DNA of 32,000 bases. Origin: Opitutales bacterium. Lineage in GTDB: Bacteria; Verrucomicrobiota; Verrucomicrobiia; Opitutales; PNEW01. Position 1 is the first letter of the stretch, and each line of letters starts with the position of its first letter. Under the pieces are notes generated by a model. The model did no database searches, was not told where the DNA came from, and was given only the letters and a program-made list of their open reading frames with translations. The stretch is from assembly GCA_965219535.1 (NCBI GenBank), contig CBDCNV010000002.1, positions 1,830,001 to 1,862,000 on the forward strand. Direction: 5' to 3'. Made by a program: the position numbers and the translations under genes. Below, one piece after another: positions 10,452-18,481 of this stretch.

Positions 10452-11804
10452 TTAATGTGCAGTCTCTTGTGAGGCTTCTGTTTGTTTAATTGGTGAAATT
10501 AATCCAATTCCCATAATAAGGGGTAAGATTAATATCACGGCACCAGAGATATAAGCCATATTGGATCCTGAGTACCAGTAGAGAAAGGCAAAGAAAAGCG
10601 GACCCATTGCCCTGGCGAGGGACCCTGCTGAACGGAATGCACCTAGATTACGGCCTTGATCGTTCTTCGGAGAATAAAGAGAAGCGAGGGCTGATAGGGT
10701 GGGTGAAGTGAATCCTACGCTAAAACCGAGCAGTCCTAATCCAAAGTAAAAAAGCGGCCAGTGAAGTGCTCGCGCAAGGCACACAAAAGCGATTAGACCA
10801 AAAATCATACCCGTCATGACGAGTTTCTTTTCACCCACGACAGGGGCTAGATAACGCACGAGCCCTCCTTGAACACCTATGAGGACTAAACCGATAAAGA
10901 GAAACAGTTTAGTATTGTCTGCCGGACCATAATCCAGGCGTTCAAGTGCTAAAAATGTAATTGTAAATTCCAAACCACTGAATGCCATAATAAAAATAAA
11001 ATAAATAATCATCACCAATCTGACATCACGGTTTTTGATTGAAAATAAAGTTCTTAGACGTCCAGAAGCACGCTTCGCGGTATTTTCTTTTACCTTAGGT
11101 GAAGGAGAAAAAGTTTCCGAGAGTTTGGCGATAACCCAGAATAAGTTTATTAAGGACAATGTGAATGCGATTAGTGCAGGAATCGAAAATGGATTAATAC
11201 CCAATCCTTCCCAGGATGGTTTTATTAAGGTCAGGTCAATAAGAGAAGATAATCCCCCAATTACCGGCCCAATGATAAAGCCTAATCCAAATGCGACGCC
11301 AACCAACGCCATGCCCTTAGACCGCTCCTTCTCGCTCGTAACATCAGCAACGGCAGCGGTAGCCACGGCCAGGTTCCCCCCCATGATACCGCCGAAGACA
11401 CGTGCCAGGACTAAAAGATTAAATGAACTTGCAAAAACCCATAGAAGGTAACTCAGGGTAGTTCCGGCAATGGTGAAAATAAGTATAGGCCGGCGCCCGA
11501 ATCGATCGGACAAATGTCCCAAGATCGGTGAAAAAATGAACTGAAGGAGAGAATATATAGATCCGATAATTCCTCCAAATAGAACCGTGGTCAGAAACTT
11601 TGTGTCCGCGCCGCTTTTCCTCGATAGCCCTTCGATAATTGAGATCAGATGACCAAAAATACTATCCGCTCCCTCCTTCGGAAGATAATATTCAAGCATT
11701 GAAGGAAATAACGGGAAAATTATCGAAAATCCGATTAAATCAATAAAAATGGTGAGAAAGATCACCCATAGTTTCCCATTTTTTGTAGGCGAACTTTTTT
11801 TCAC
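10452..11804 (-). CDS. MFS transporter (DHA1/tetracycline-efflux-like)
   Basis: 450 aa with about 12 hydrophobic helices and MFS motif A GHLSDRFGRRPIL. Confidence 0.9.
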   Translation of the reverse strand: MKKSSPTKNGKLWVIFLTIFIDLIGFSIIFPLFPSMLEYYLPKEGADSIFGHLISIIEGLSRKSGADTKFLTTVLFGGIIGSIYSLLQFIFSPILGHLSDRFGRRPILIFTIAGTTLSYLLWVFASSFNLLVLARVFGGIMGGNLAVATAAVADVTSEKERSKGMALVGVAFGLGFIIGPVIGGLSSLIDLTLIKPSWEGLGINPFSIPALIAFTLSLINLFWVIAKLSETFSPSPKVKENTAKRASGRLRTLFSIKNRDVRLVMIIYFIFIMAFSGLEFTITFLALERLDYGPADNTKLFLFIGLVLIGVQGGLVRYLAPVVGEKKLVMTGMIFGLIAFVCLARALHWPLFYFGLGLLGFSVGFTSPTLSALASLYSPKNDQGRNLGAFRSAGSLARAMGPLFFAFLYWYSGSNMAYISGAVILILPLIMGIGLISPIKQTEASQETAH

Positions 11805-11951
11805 GCGTGATCTTCAGTCTTGCTCATCATAATGATTTGAAGCCGTTTTATAACGATGGAGGCTTAATTATCTTTTTAGTAATTAGCTACGGCTATTTAA
11901 GGGTATAATCTTTAATTCCCTTAATGTAGCTTATTTTATAGACAAGCAAAT

Positions 11952-12431
11952 TTACGAATTAAAACGTTCCTTTAGCGAACGCGATACGTTATCAGGAACA
12001 AGTCTATCGATCTCACCACCTAAGCGAGCTACTTGTTTGATCAACCGGGAACTGGTAAAGAAATATTCCTGCCTGGGCATTAGGAAAATTGTTTCTACCT
12101 CATCATCGAGGTGGCGATTCATTTGTGTTAATTTAAACTCAAACTCAAAATCGGAAACGGCCCTTAATCCTCGAACGATGGTCTTTGCGCCTACTTCTTT
12201 CGCATAGCCGACAAGCAATGTATTGAATGAGCAAACTTCAACATTTGCATTATCGGGTAAGTTAGCGCGAATCAATTCTTGTCGTTCCTCGAGTGAAAAG
12301 AGAGGCCCTTTTTCTTCATTGAGGGCAACGGCTATAAAAACTTTATCAAAGATATTACATGCACGCTCAACGATATCGAGATGGCCATAGGTTATGGGAT
12401 CAAAAGTCCCTGGGTAAATCGCGGTATTCAT
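11952..12431 (-). CDS. coaD: Phosphopantetheine adenylyltransferase
   Basis: Motifs are YPGTFDPITYGHLDIV and VRGLRAVSDFEFE, over 159 aa. Confidence 0.95.
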   Translation of the reverse strand: MNTAIYPGTFDPITYGHLDIVERACNIFDKVFIAVALNEEKGPLFSLEERQELIRANLPDNANVEVCSFNTLLVGYAKEVGAKTIVRGLRAVSDFEFEFKLTQMNRHLDDEVETIFLMPRQEYFFTSSRLIKQVARLGGEIDRLVPDNVSRSLKERFNS

Positions 12432-12545
12432 TTAAGTTTGCCCAACGGATAAATATTTTTTTATCATTTGTGAGTTTAATCTTATGCTTTGTAGCTAATG
12501 GTTTGTAATATTTTTGATGTATTTGCAACAACGCAGCTTTAGAAT

Positions 12546-13145
12546 ATGAAGTTGCCAACATTGTTAACCCTCTCTCGTGTGCCCCTTCTCTTTATTATTG
12601 TGGGTTTGCTTTTTATTGATTTGCCGGGTATCCCGTCCCTCGTATTCTGTTTGTTTGTCTTTGCCGGGTTGACGGATTGGTTTGATGGTTACCTCGCCCG
12701 GAAGCTGAATCAAGTCTCTAATTTAGGAAAGCTCATGGATGCCCTGGCCGATAAAATAATTATCCTGGGAATGTTTATTGCTTTGTTAGTATTCGATCTA
12801 TTACCGACGTGGGCTATCGCATTAGTTCTTTTAATAGTCGTTCGAGAACTACTCATAACCGGTATGCGTATGGTAGCGGCGAGTGATGGTATTGTCTTGG
12901 CAGCTGAATTATCAGGTAAACATAAAACGGTATTCCAGATTATCAGTATTGCAGTGCTGCTTTTTTCTCTCGTGATTCAAAAAGACCTTAGCAATTGGTT
13001 CGACCGCGATTTAAGCCAAATCGCAAATACCTGCCACAATGTAGGAATATTATTATTCATTTTTGCAAGTGCTCTGACTATTTATTCAGGTGCTGTGTAT
13101 TTAGTTAAATACGGGTCCATTTTTGCTGGAGATGATAATAAATAA
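12546..13145 (+). CDS. pgsA: CDP-diacylglycerol--glycerol-3-phosphate 3-phosphatidyltransferase
   Basis: It carries the CDP-alcohol phosphatidyltransferase motif DWFDGYLARKLNQVSNLGKLMDALADK and is a multi-TM protein of 199 aa. Confidence 0.92.
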   Translation: MKLPTLLTLSRVPLLFIIVGLLFIDLPGIPSLVFCLFVFAGLTDWFDGYLARKLNQVSNLGKLMDALADKIIILGMFIALLVFDLLPTWAIALVLLIVVRELLITGMRMVAASDGIVLAAELSGKHKTVFQIISIAVLLFSLVIQKDLSNWFDRDLSQIANTCHNVGILLFIFASALTIYSGAVYLVKYGSIFAGDDNK

Positions 13146-13663
13146 TGAAGCAGCGGTTAACATGGACTCGCTTGTTACCATCACCCGTCGTGAATAATAT
13201 TGCGACTCTAGGTCCATTGGGCTTTTGGGGAAAGGCACCCGGGACGACAGGATCAATTGCTGGTATGTTATGGTTCACGACAATGTTTTTAAATTTGAAT
13301 CCGTTTGGTTTTTTAATCTTCTTGATTTTTACCGCCTATCTAGCCACGGAAATTTGTGGTGAAGCTGAAGAGCGAATGTTAAAACGTGATCCTCCCGAAA
13401 TTATTCTCGATGAGTTTGTTGCGATGCCACTCTGTTACCTGGGGATTCAGCCCTATATTTTTACCGGGACAGCCTGGCATTATATGCTTGCTGGGTTTAT
13501 CGTGTTCCGGTTCTTCGATATTATTAAACCTCTTGGTATTAATAAGCTTCAAGCCCTACCCGGCGGCTTGGGTATTGTTCTCGACGATTTAGGATCAGCA
13601 ATGGCAACTTGCCTGACTCTGCATATAGGTTTGTGGGGATTGAAAAGTTACGGGATTATTTAA
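13145..13663 (+). CDS. pgpA: Phosphatidylglycerophosphatase A
   Basis: Motifs are GFWGKAPGTTGS, DEFVAMP and FRFFDIIKP. The ATG overlaps the pgsA stop (TAATG). Confidence 0.88.
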   Translation: MKQRLTWTRLLPSPVVNNIATLGPLGFWGKAPGTTGSIAGMLWFTTMFLNLNPFGFLIFLIFTAYLATEICGEAEERMLKRDPPEIILDEFVAMPLCYLGIQPYIFTGTAWHYMLAGFIVFRFFDIIKPLGINKLQALPGGLGIVLDDLGSAMATCLTLHIGLWGLKSYGII

Positions 13664-14124
13664 TCATTATCCCGAAACCCCTTAATCTCTTTCAATCCCC
13701 CAGCCAAATAACGGAGGGCACACGCATAGCCATAGAATCCGAGCCCGGATATAATACCTTTTGCAATGGATGCGGTGAATGATAGATGGCGAAATTCCTC
13801 CCGTTCATAGATGTTAGATATATGAACTTCCACCGCGGGCAGATCCGTTCCTGCCAACGCATCACGTAGCGCGACACTGGTGTGAGTTAATCCACCGTGA
13901 TTGAAAACCACACCATCGATTTTATTATCTGCCAATTCGGCATATTTTTCGATTAACTCACCTTCGTGATTGGACTGGAAGAAAATTAATTCTACCCCAA
14001 GGGACTCTCCCTCATTTTTTAAATAAGCTTCCAAATCAGCAATAGTTTCACTTCCGTATATTTCCGGTTGGCGTTTTCCCAGGCGATTTAAATTGGGTCC
14101 GTTAATGATGGCGTATTTTTTCAT
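13660..14124 (-). CDS. aroQ: Type II 3-dehydroquinate dehydratase
   Basis: Motifs are INGPNLNRLGKRQPEIYG, FFQSNHEGELI and HISNIYEREEFRH, over 154 aa. Confidence 0.95.
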   Translation of the reverse strand: MKKYAIINGPNLNRLGKRQPEIYGSETIADLEAYLKNEGESLGVELIFFQSNHEGELIEKYAELADNKIDGVVFNHGGLTHTSVALRDALAGTDLPAVEVHISNIYEREEFRHLSFTASIAKGIISGLGFYGYACALRYLAGGLKEIKGFRDND

Positions 14125-14406
14125 CTAAGATATATAATTTCAGGCACTTTCAATGTGATTTAACATACCTAAATCCAGGTCTCTTTATTTATCCCTATAC
14201 TGACGTTATAAGGATGGGGCACAATGTAATAAATTATAAATGTATCAATTTTGATGCTTTGTATATTTTTAAAATGCCAGTTTGCGCAAATTATTACCTG
14301 TAATAACTGAAAGTAATATTGAATAATCTAATGATTTTAATCTGAAGCGAATAAGTTTATAAAACACTTAATATAATTCTGGATAGTATTAGTTTTAAAT
14401 AGGATA

Positions 14407-15849
14407 ATGAAAATATTGCAAGAATATCGGTTTCGAAAAATAAGTTCGAGCCTCGTTGAGGGATTGATTGTTGTTCTGATATTTTGCTTTTTCCTTCTAG
14501 TATTCGAGAAAAAGATAGGATGGGCTTTAGCTGACTGGCCACTGATTATCTCCTCAATATTTATCTTATCGGTTATAAAACTATTTTTCCGACTGGATGA
14601 AGGATTATTTTTGTCTCTGAAAGAACGAGGGGTAAAGGGCCCTTACATTCTTGAAAAGAATATCTATCGTTGGTTTGAACCCAGGAAGACCGCATTTTCG
14701 ATCACCCTTGTAACCTTGATAATAGCTCTTGGATTATTAGAAATAATGTTACGTCGAACGCTCGATTATCTACCTGCAGATTTAGCCAATCATTTGGGTC
14801 ATGGTTATCAGCTAAGTGGTTCCGGTATATACCGATTTGATGGAGAGAGAAAAACAGCGAGGATGAGAAAGAATTATGAGCGGGAGATGTATTTTAATGG
14901 ATTCCGCTGGTGGCACAGGACGGACAAGTTTGGCTATCGCAATCCGGGAGATCGCAATCGTGCGGACGTTGTTTTATTAGGTGACTCCATCATTTATGGG
15001 CATGGATTGGAGGAAGATTCAACCGTCCGGAGTCACCTTGAAAAGATGGTCAGTCTGCCCGTTGCGAATTTAGGCCAACAAGGTGCGGGCATACATTGTG
15101 CATACCAGATTCTCAAGCATGACGGAGTCCTTTTACAACCCAAACTGGTTTTTCTTTTCTTTTTAAATAACGATTTAAATGATCTTACCCTTAATTTGAA
15201 TGATAAGGATAGAAGCAGTTTTCTGAAGATTCCTATTGGAGATCATACCTCTCGTTATATCAGCACTGATAAAAAGATAACACGGTTATTAAGGAGATGG
15301 GAAACAGCGTGCCAGGAGTTGTATATTATTAAGGCAGGAACATTTTTTCTTAATTCGTTGACGAAGAAAAGACGCAGTTCCTTATACCCTGAAGAAAATT
15401 CAGAGCCACCAGATTTATCTGTAGCCAACCCAGAGAACCGAAATGAACCGAGGGATCTGTTTAGTCCGGATCCCTACCTTGAATCTAAATGGCGGATGCT
15501 TCCTCCATTTGCGGGTAATTCAGCGTTACAGCAAGCGATGCAATTTCACTTACGAGCGCTACTGAAAATTAAAGACCTTGCAAAAAATAATAAATTTAAA
15601 TTCACCTATGTATTTATTTATACGGGGTTACCCTACGATGATTTATTTTTAGATATTTTAAGTTCATTCTGTGAAGTGAATAACATTAATTTCTTAAACA
15701 TGAAATCGATCTTTGAAAATGCTCAAACAAATGGTGATGAACTATTTTTACCTCGGGATGGTCATTTCACGAGTAGAGGGGCCTATGTGACGGCAGACGC
15801 GTTGGCAAATATCTATCCTCTGCCAAGCGTGTCAGGCGTTAAGGAATAA
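14407..15849 (+). CDS. Membrane-anchored SGNH/GDSL-type hydrolase or acyltransferase-like protein
   Basis: 480 aa with three N-terminal hydrophobic helices. Block I is VVLLGDSIIYGHG, a block III-like motif is FFLNNDLND, and the block V-like C-terminal motif is PRDGHFTSRGAY. A Pro/Glu/Asn-rich low-complexity insert (EENSEPPDLSVANPENRNEPRD) is present. Confidence 0.7.
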   Translation: MKILQEYRFRKISSSLVEGLIVVLIFCFFLLVFEKKIGWALADWPLIISSIFILSVIKLFFRLDEGLFLSLKERGVKGPYILEKNIYRWFEPRKTAFSITLVTLIIALGLLEIMLRRTLDYLPADLANHLGHGYQLSGSGIYRFDGERKTARMRKNYEREMYFNGFRWWHRTDKFGYRNPGDRNRADVVLLGDSIIYGHGLEEDSTVRSHLEKMVSLPVANLGQQGAGIHCAYQILKHDGVLLQPKLVFLFFLNNDLNDLTLNLNDKDRSSFLKIPIGDHTSRYISTDKKITRLLRRWETACQELYIIKAGTFFLNSLTKKRRSSLYPEENSEPPDLSVANPENRNEPRDLFSPDPYLESKWRMLPPFAGNSALQQAMQFHLRALLKIKDLAKNNKFKFTYVFIYTGLPYDDLFLDILSSFCEVNNINFLNMKSIFENAQTNGDELFLPRDGHFTSRGAYVTADALANIYPLPSVSGVKE

Positions 15850-15895
15850 TATTTCTTTAATTTAGAATACGAGGTATTGATGCGGAATGGAGATG

Positions 15896-16309
15896 TTAAA
15901 ACTGGCGCTCGTATTTTTCATCCCCTTCTTTTTCAATAATATTTTGCCAGTACGTCTGAGTCTCTTTTCTTTTAAGTTTTAATCTGTCACGACCTGTCAA
16001 TCGAGAGCATAGGCCAATAGGGGTTAAGATGAGATAATAAATCATGATCAAAGATACATAACCCATAAATTGTGTAAGGGTATAAATGAATCCCATCCAT
16101 ATCCAGAAGAAGGGCAAAGCGATTGATTTTCCAGTGATGCAAAATAAAAAAAAAGTTGTGCCGCATGCCCAGAGAAAATAAGCAAAACCGATTTTAGAAA
16201 AAACGAAAAAGAACAGTGAACCGGCAAGCGCCATTCCAATAAAAATACTGCAACCAAAAATTCGTAATTCTCGAGAATTTGGTCTCCAATTTATTTTAAT
16301 AAAGGACAT
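15896..16309 (-). CDS. SxtJ-like small integral membrane protein
   Basis: 137 aa with 4 TM helices. It has ELRIFG near the N-terminus, ...LILTPIGLCSRLTGRDRLKLK..., and a C-terminal YERQF. Its position downstream of a carbamoyltransferase matches the SxtJ family pattern I know. Confidence 0.72.
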   Translation of the reverse strand: MSFIKINWRPNSRELRIFGCSIFIGMALAGSLFFFVFSKIGFAYFLWACGTTFFLFCITGKSIALPFFWIWMGFIYTLTQFMGYVSLIMIYYLILTPIGLCSRLTGRDRLKLKRKETQTYWQNIIEKEGDEKYERQF

Positions 16310-16322
16310 CCTGGAATGGGAT

Positions 16323-16481
16323 CTAAAACAGGGTATATATGAATGGAGCGGCCTGTGAACTCCCGAGAATGATTAATGCACCTGTTAAGAGTAAAAGCAC
16401 GATGATAGGGGCCAACCAATAGGCCTTGTGCTCCTTTATAAATACAAATAACTCAGAAATAATTGATTTTCTTTTAACCAT
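16323..16481 (-). CDS. 52-aa single-TM protein, DUF5989/SxtK-like (not in the supplied ORF track)
   Basis: My own translation of the minus strand from ATG 16481 to TAG 16323 gives MVKRKSIISELFVFIKEHKAYWLAPIIVLLLLTGALIILGSSQAAPFIYTLF. The K..WL.PII..LLL....I.L......APFIYTLF pattern is what I recall for the tiny protein that accompanies carbamoyltransferase/SxtJ pairs. It sits 44 nt after the carbamoyltransferase stop and 13 nt before the SxtJ-like ATG. Confidence 0.7.
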   Translation of the reverse strand: MVKRKSIISELFVFIKEHKAYWLAPIIVLLLLTGALIILGSSQAAPFIYTLF

Positions 16482-16525
16482 ATTACACCTTGGAAACTTA
16501 AAATAGAATGAAATGTATTCATTCG

Positions 16526-18364
16526 TTAATCGAGCTTAAATTTAGTTTTGTATTCATCGGCCCCTTCCATTTCGGGTTGTTCTTCTTTATTACAAATACA
16601 GTTTTCCAGGATAAGAACATCGATATCAGTATACATAAAACAGCGGTAGGCGTCTTGTGGAGTCCCGACAATGGGTTCTCCTCGTATATTAAATGATGTA
16701 TTTACTACGAGAGGATATCCCGTCAATTTATGAAAAGCTTTTATGATTCTGTGAAAACGGGGGGATGTTTCAGCGTCAACCGTTTGTATCCGCGCTGAAT
16801 AGTCGATATGGGTGATCGCCGGAACGTCAGATCGCAATTGTTTAAGTTTGTCAGGGCCAAAGAGCTTTTCCTGGTCCTCATTCATTTTAATTCGGCGATT
16901 TTCTTTTATCGGTGCTACTAATAACATATAGGGACTCTCGTGATCCAAATCAAAAAATTCATTTGTATTTTCTATAAGACAGCTGGGTGCAAAGGGTCTG
17001 AAGGACTCGCGAAATTTTACTTTTAGATTCATTTTAGTCTGCATGTCCGGATTACGAGGATCACCAATGATGCTGCGATTACCTAGAGCGCGAGGCCCAA
17101 ATTCCATCCGCCCCGCAAAATGGCCGATCACTTTGCCTTCAGCAAGTAGTTCAGCTATATTTTTTGCGAGCAAATCTTCGTCAATGTACTCGGTATACTT
17201 TGCTTTGCTCAGTTGCAAAAAGTCCCTGATTTTAGACTCAGAGAAAGAGGGTCCGATAAAGGATCCCTTTTGTGCATCTTGTTTCCTTACCTTCCGTGGA
17301 TTACCCATTATTTGATACCAGGTGAAGAGAGCGCTACCCAGAGCGCCACCCGCATCCCCAGATGCCGGTTGAATCCAAACTTTTTTGAATGGTGTTTCTC
17401 TCAGGATACGGCCGTTTCCGACACAATTAAGTGCAACCCCGCCCGCCATGCAAAGGTGGTTGAGTCCAGTCACCGCATAAGCATGTTGAGCTACTTTCAA
17501 CATAATGTCCTCTACAACTTTCTGAACACTCGCGGCGAGATCCATGTCTCGCTGGGTCAACAGGCTCTCGGATTTCCTGGGGGGTCGACCAAATAAACGG
17601 TGAAACTTTTCACTCGTCATCGTGAGTCCAGCACAGTAGTTGAAATAACTTTGGTCTAACCAGAAGGAGCCGTCCGCTTTAAAGTCGACAATATGTTTAA
17701 AAATTAAATCGGAATAAACAGGTTTCCCGTAGGGTGCGAGACCCATCACTTTATACTCACCTGAGTTAACCCTAAAACCAGTATAATAAGTAAAGGCGCT
17801 ATAGAGTAGGCCTAGAGAGTGAGGGAATTGAATCTCTTTTAATAAATTTATATTATTATTACGACCTACCCCTATGCTCGTAGTCGTCCACTCTCCAACC
17901 CCATCGAAAGTAATGATCGCGGCTTCTTCGAATGGGCTGGGGAGAAAAGCGCTTGCGGCGTGAGATTCATGGTGGGTGGTAAAATAAATCGGACCTTCGT
18001 AGAGGTTGGCCAAGCCCTTATCAATTTCTCTTGGAAGGTATAATTTTTGCCCTAGCCAGAGAGGCATGGCTGTGAGAAATGATTTTAAGCCTCTTGGTGC
18101 ATAGGCCAAATATGTCTCTAAGATTCGTTCAAATTTCAGTATCGGCTTATCGTAAAATACCACGGCCGACAATTGATCAATCGTAATATCTGCCTCTTGA
18201 AGGCAATAATCGATCGCATGTTGGGGAAATTCATGGTCGTGCTTTTTTCGCGTAAAACGTTCTTCTTGCGCAGCGGCTAAAATGTTTTCGCCCTTGATTA
18301 GAGCAGCGGCACTGTCATGATAAAAAGCTGAAATACCGAGAATATAAAGATCAGAAGACATCAA
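16526..18364 (-). CDS. Carbamoyltransferase (NodU/CmcH/SxtI family)
   Basis: 612 aa. The N-terminus reads ILGISAFYHDSAAALI...EERFTRKKHD, followed by the HHESHAASAF metal-site motif, GGVALNCVGNG, and a C-terminal TSFNIRGEPIV. Confidence 0.93.
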   Translation of the reverse strand: MMSSDLYILGISAFYHDSAAALIKGENILAAAQEERFTRKKHDHEFPQHAIDYCLQEADITIDQLSAVVFYDKPILKFERILETYLAYAPRGLKSFLTAMPLWLGQKLYLPREIDKGLANLYEGPIYFTTHHESHAASAFLPSPFEEAAIITFDGVGEWTTTSIGVGRNNNINLLKEIQFPHSLGLLYSAFTYYTGFRVNSGEYKVMGLAPYGKPVYSDLIFKHIVDFKADGSFWLDQSYFNYCAGLTMTSEKFHRLFGRPPRKSESLLTQRDMDLAASVQKVVEDIMLKVAQHAYAVTGLNHLCMAGGVALNCVGNGRILRETPFKKVWIQPASGDAGGALGSALFTWYQIMGNPRKVRKQDAQKGSFIGPSFSESKIRDFLQLSKAKYTEYIDEDLLAKNIAELLAEGKVIGHFAGRMEFGPRALGNRSIIGDPRNPDMQTKMNLKVKFRESFRPFAPSCLIENTNEFFDLDHESPYMLLVAPIKENRRIKMNEDQEKLFGPDKLKQLRSDVPAITHIDYSARIQTVDAETSPRFHRIIKAFHKLTGYPLVVNTSFNIRGEPIVGTPQDAYRCFMYTDIDVLILENCICNKEEQPEMEGADEYKTKFKLD

Positions 18365-18481
18365 GTTCTTTCGATAGAAATATTATTACTTTTTTTCGAG
18401 ACCCAAACAAATTAAAGTATTTTATGCTATGATCCCGATCTTCACATATCAAAAAAATAGATTTTTTTAAAAGCATATAAA

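Noticed and set aside
11035-11451. 138-aa plus-strand ORF
   Set aside because: It is entirely antisense to the MFS transporter gene and is a shadow ORF with no recognisable features.
17043-17596. Plus-strand ORFs of 90 aa (17043..17315) and 127 aa (17213..17596)
   Set aside because: Both are antisense to the carbamoyltransferase gene and are shadow ORFs.
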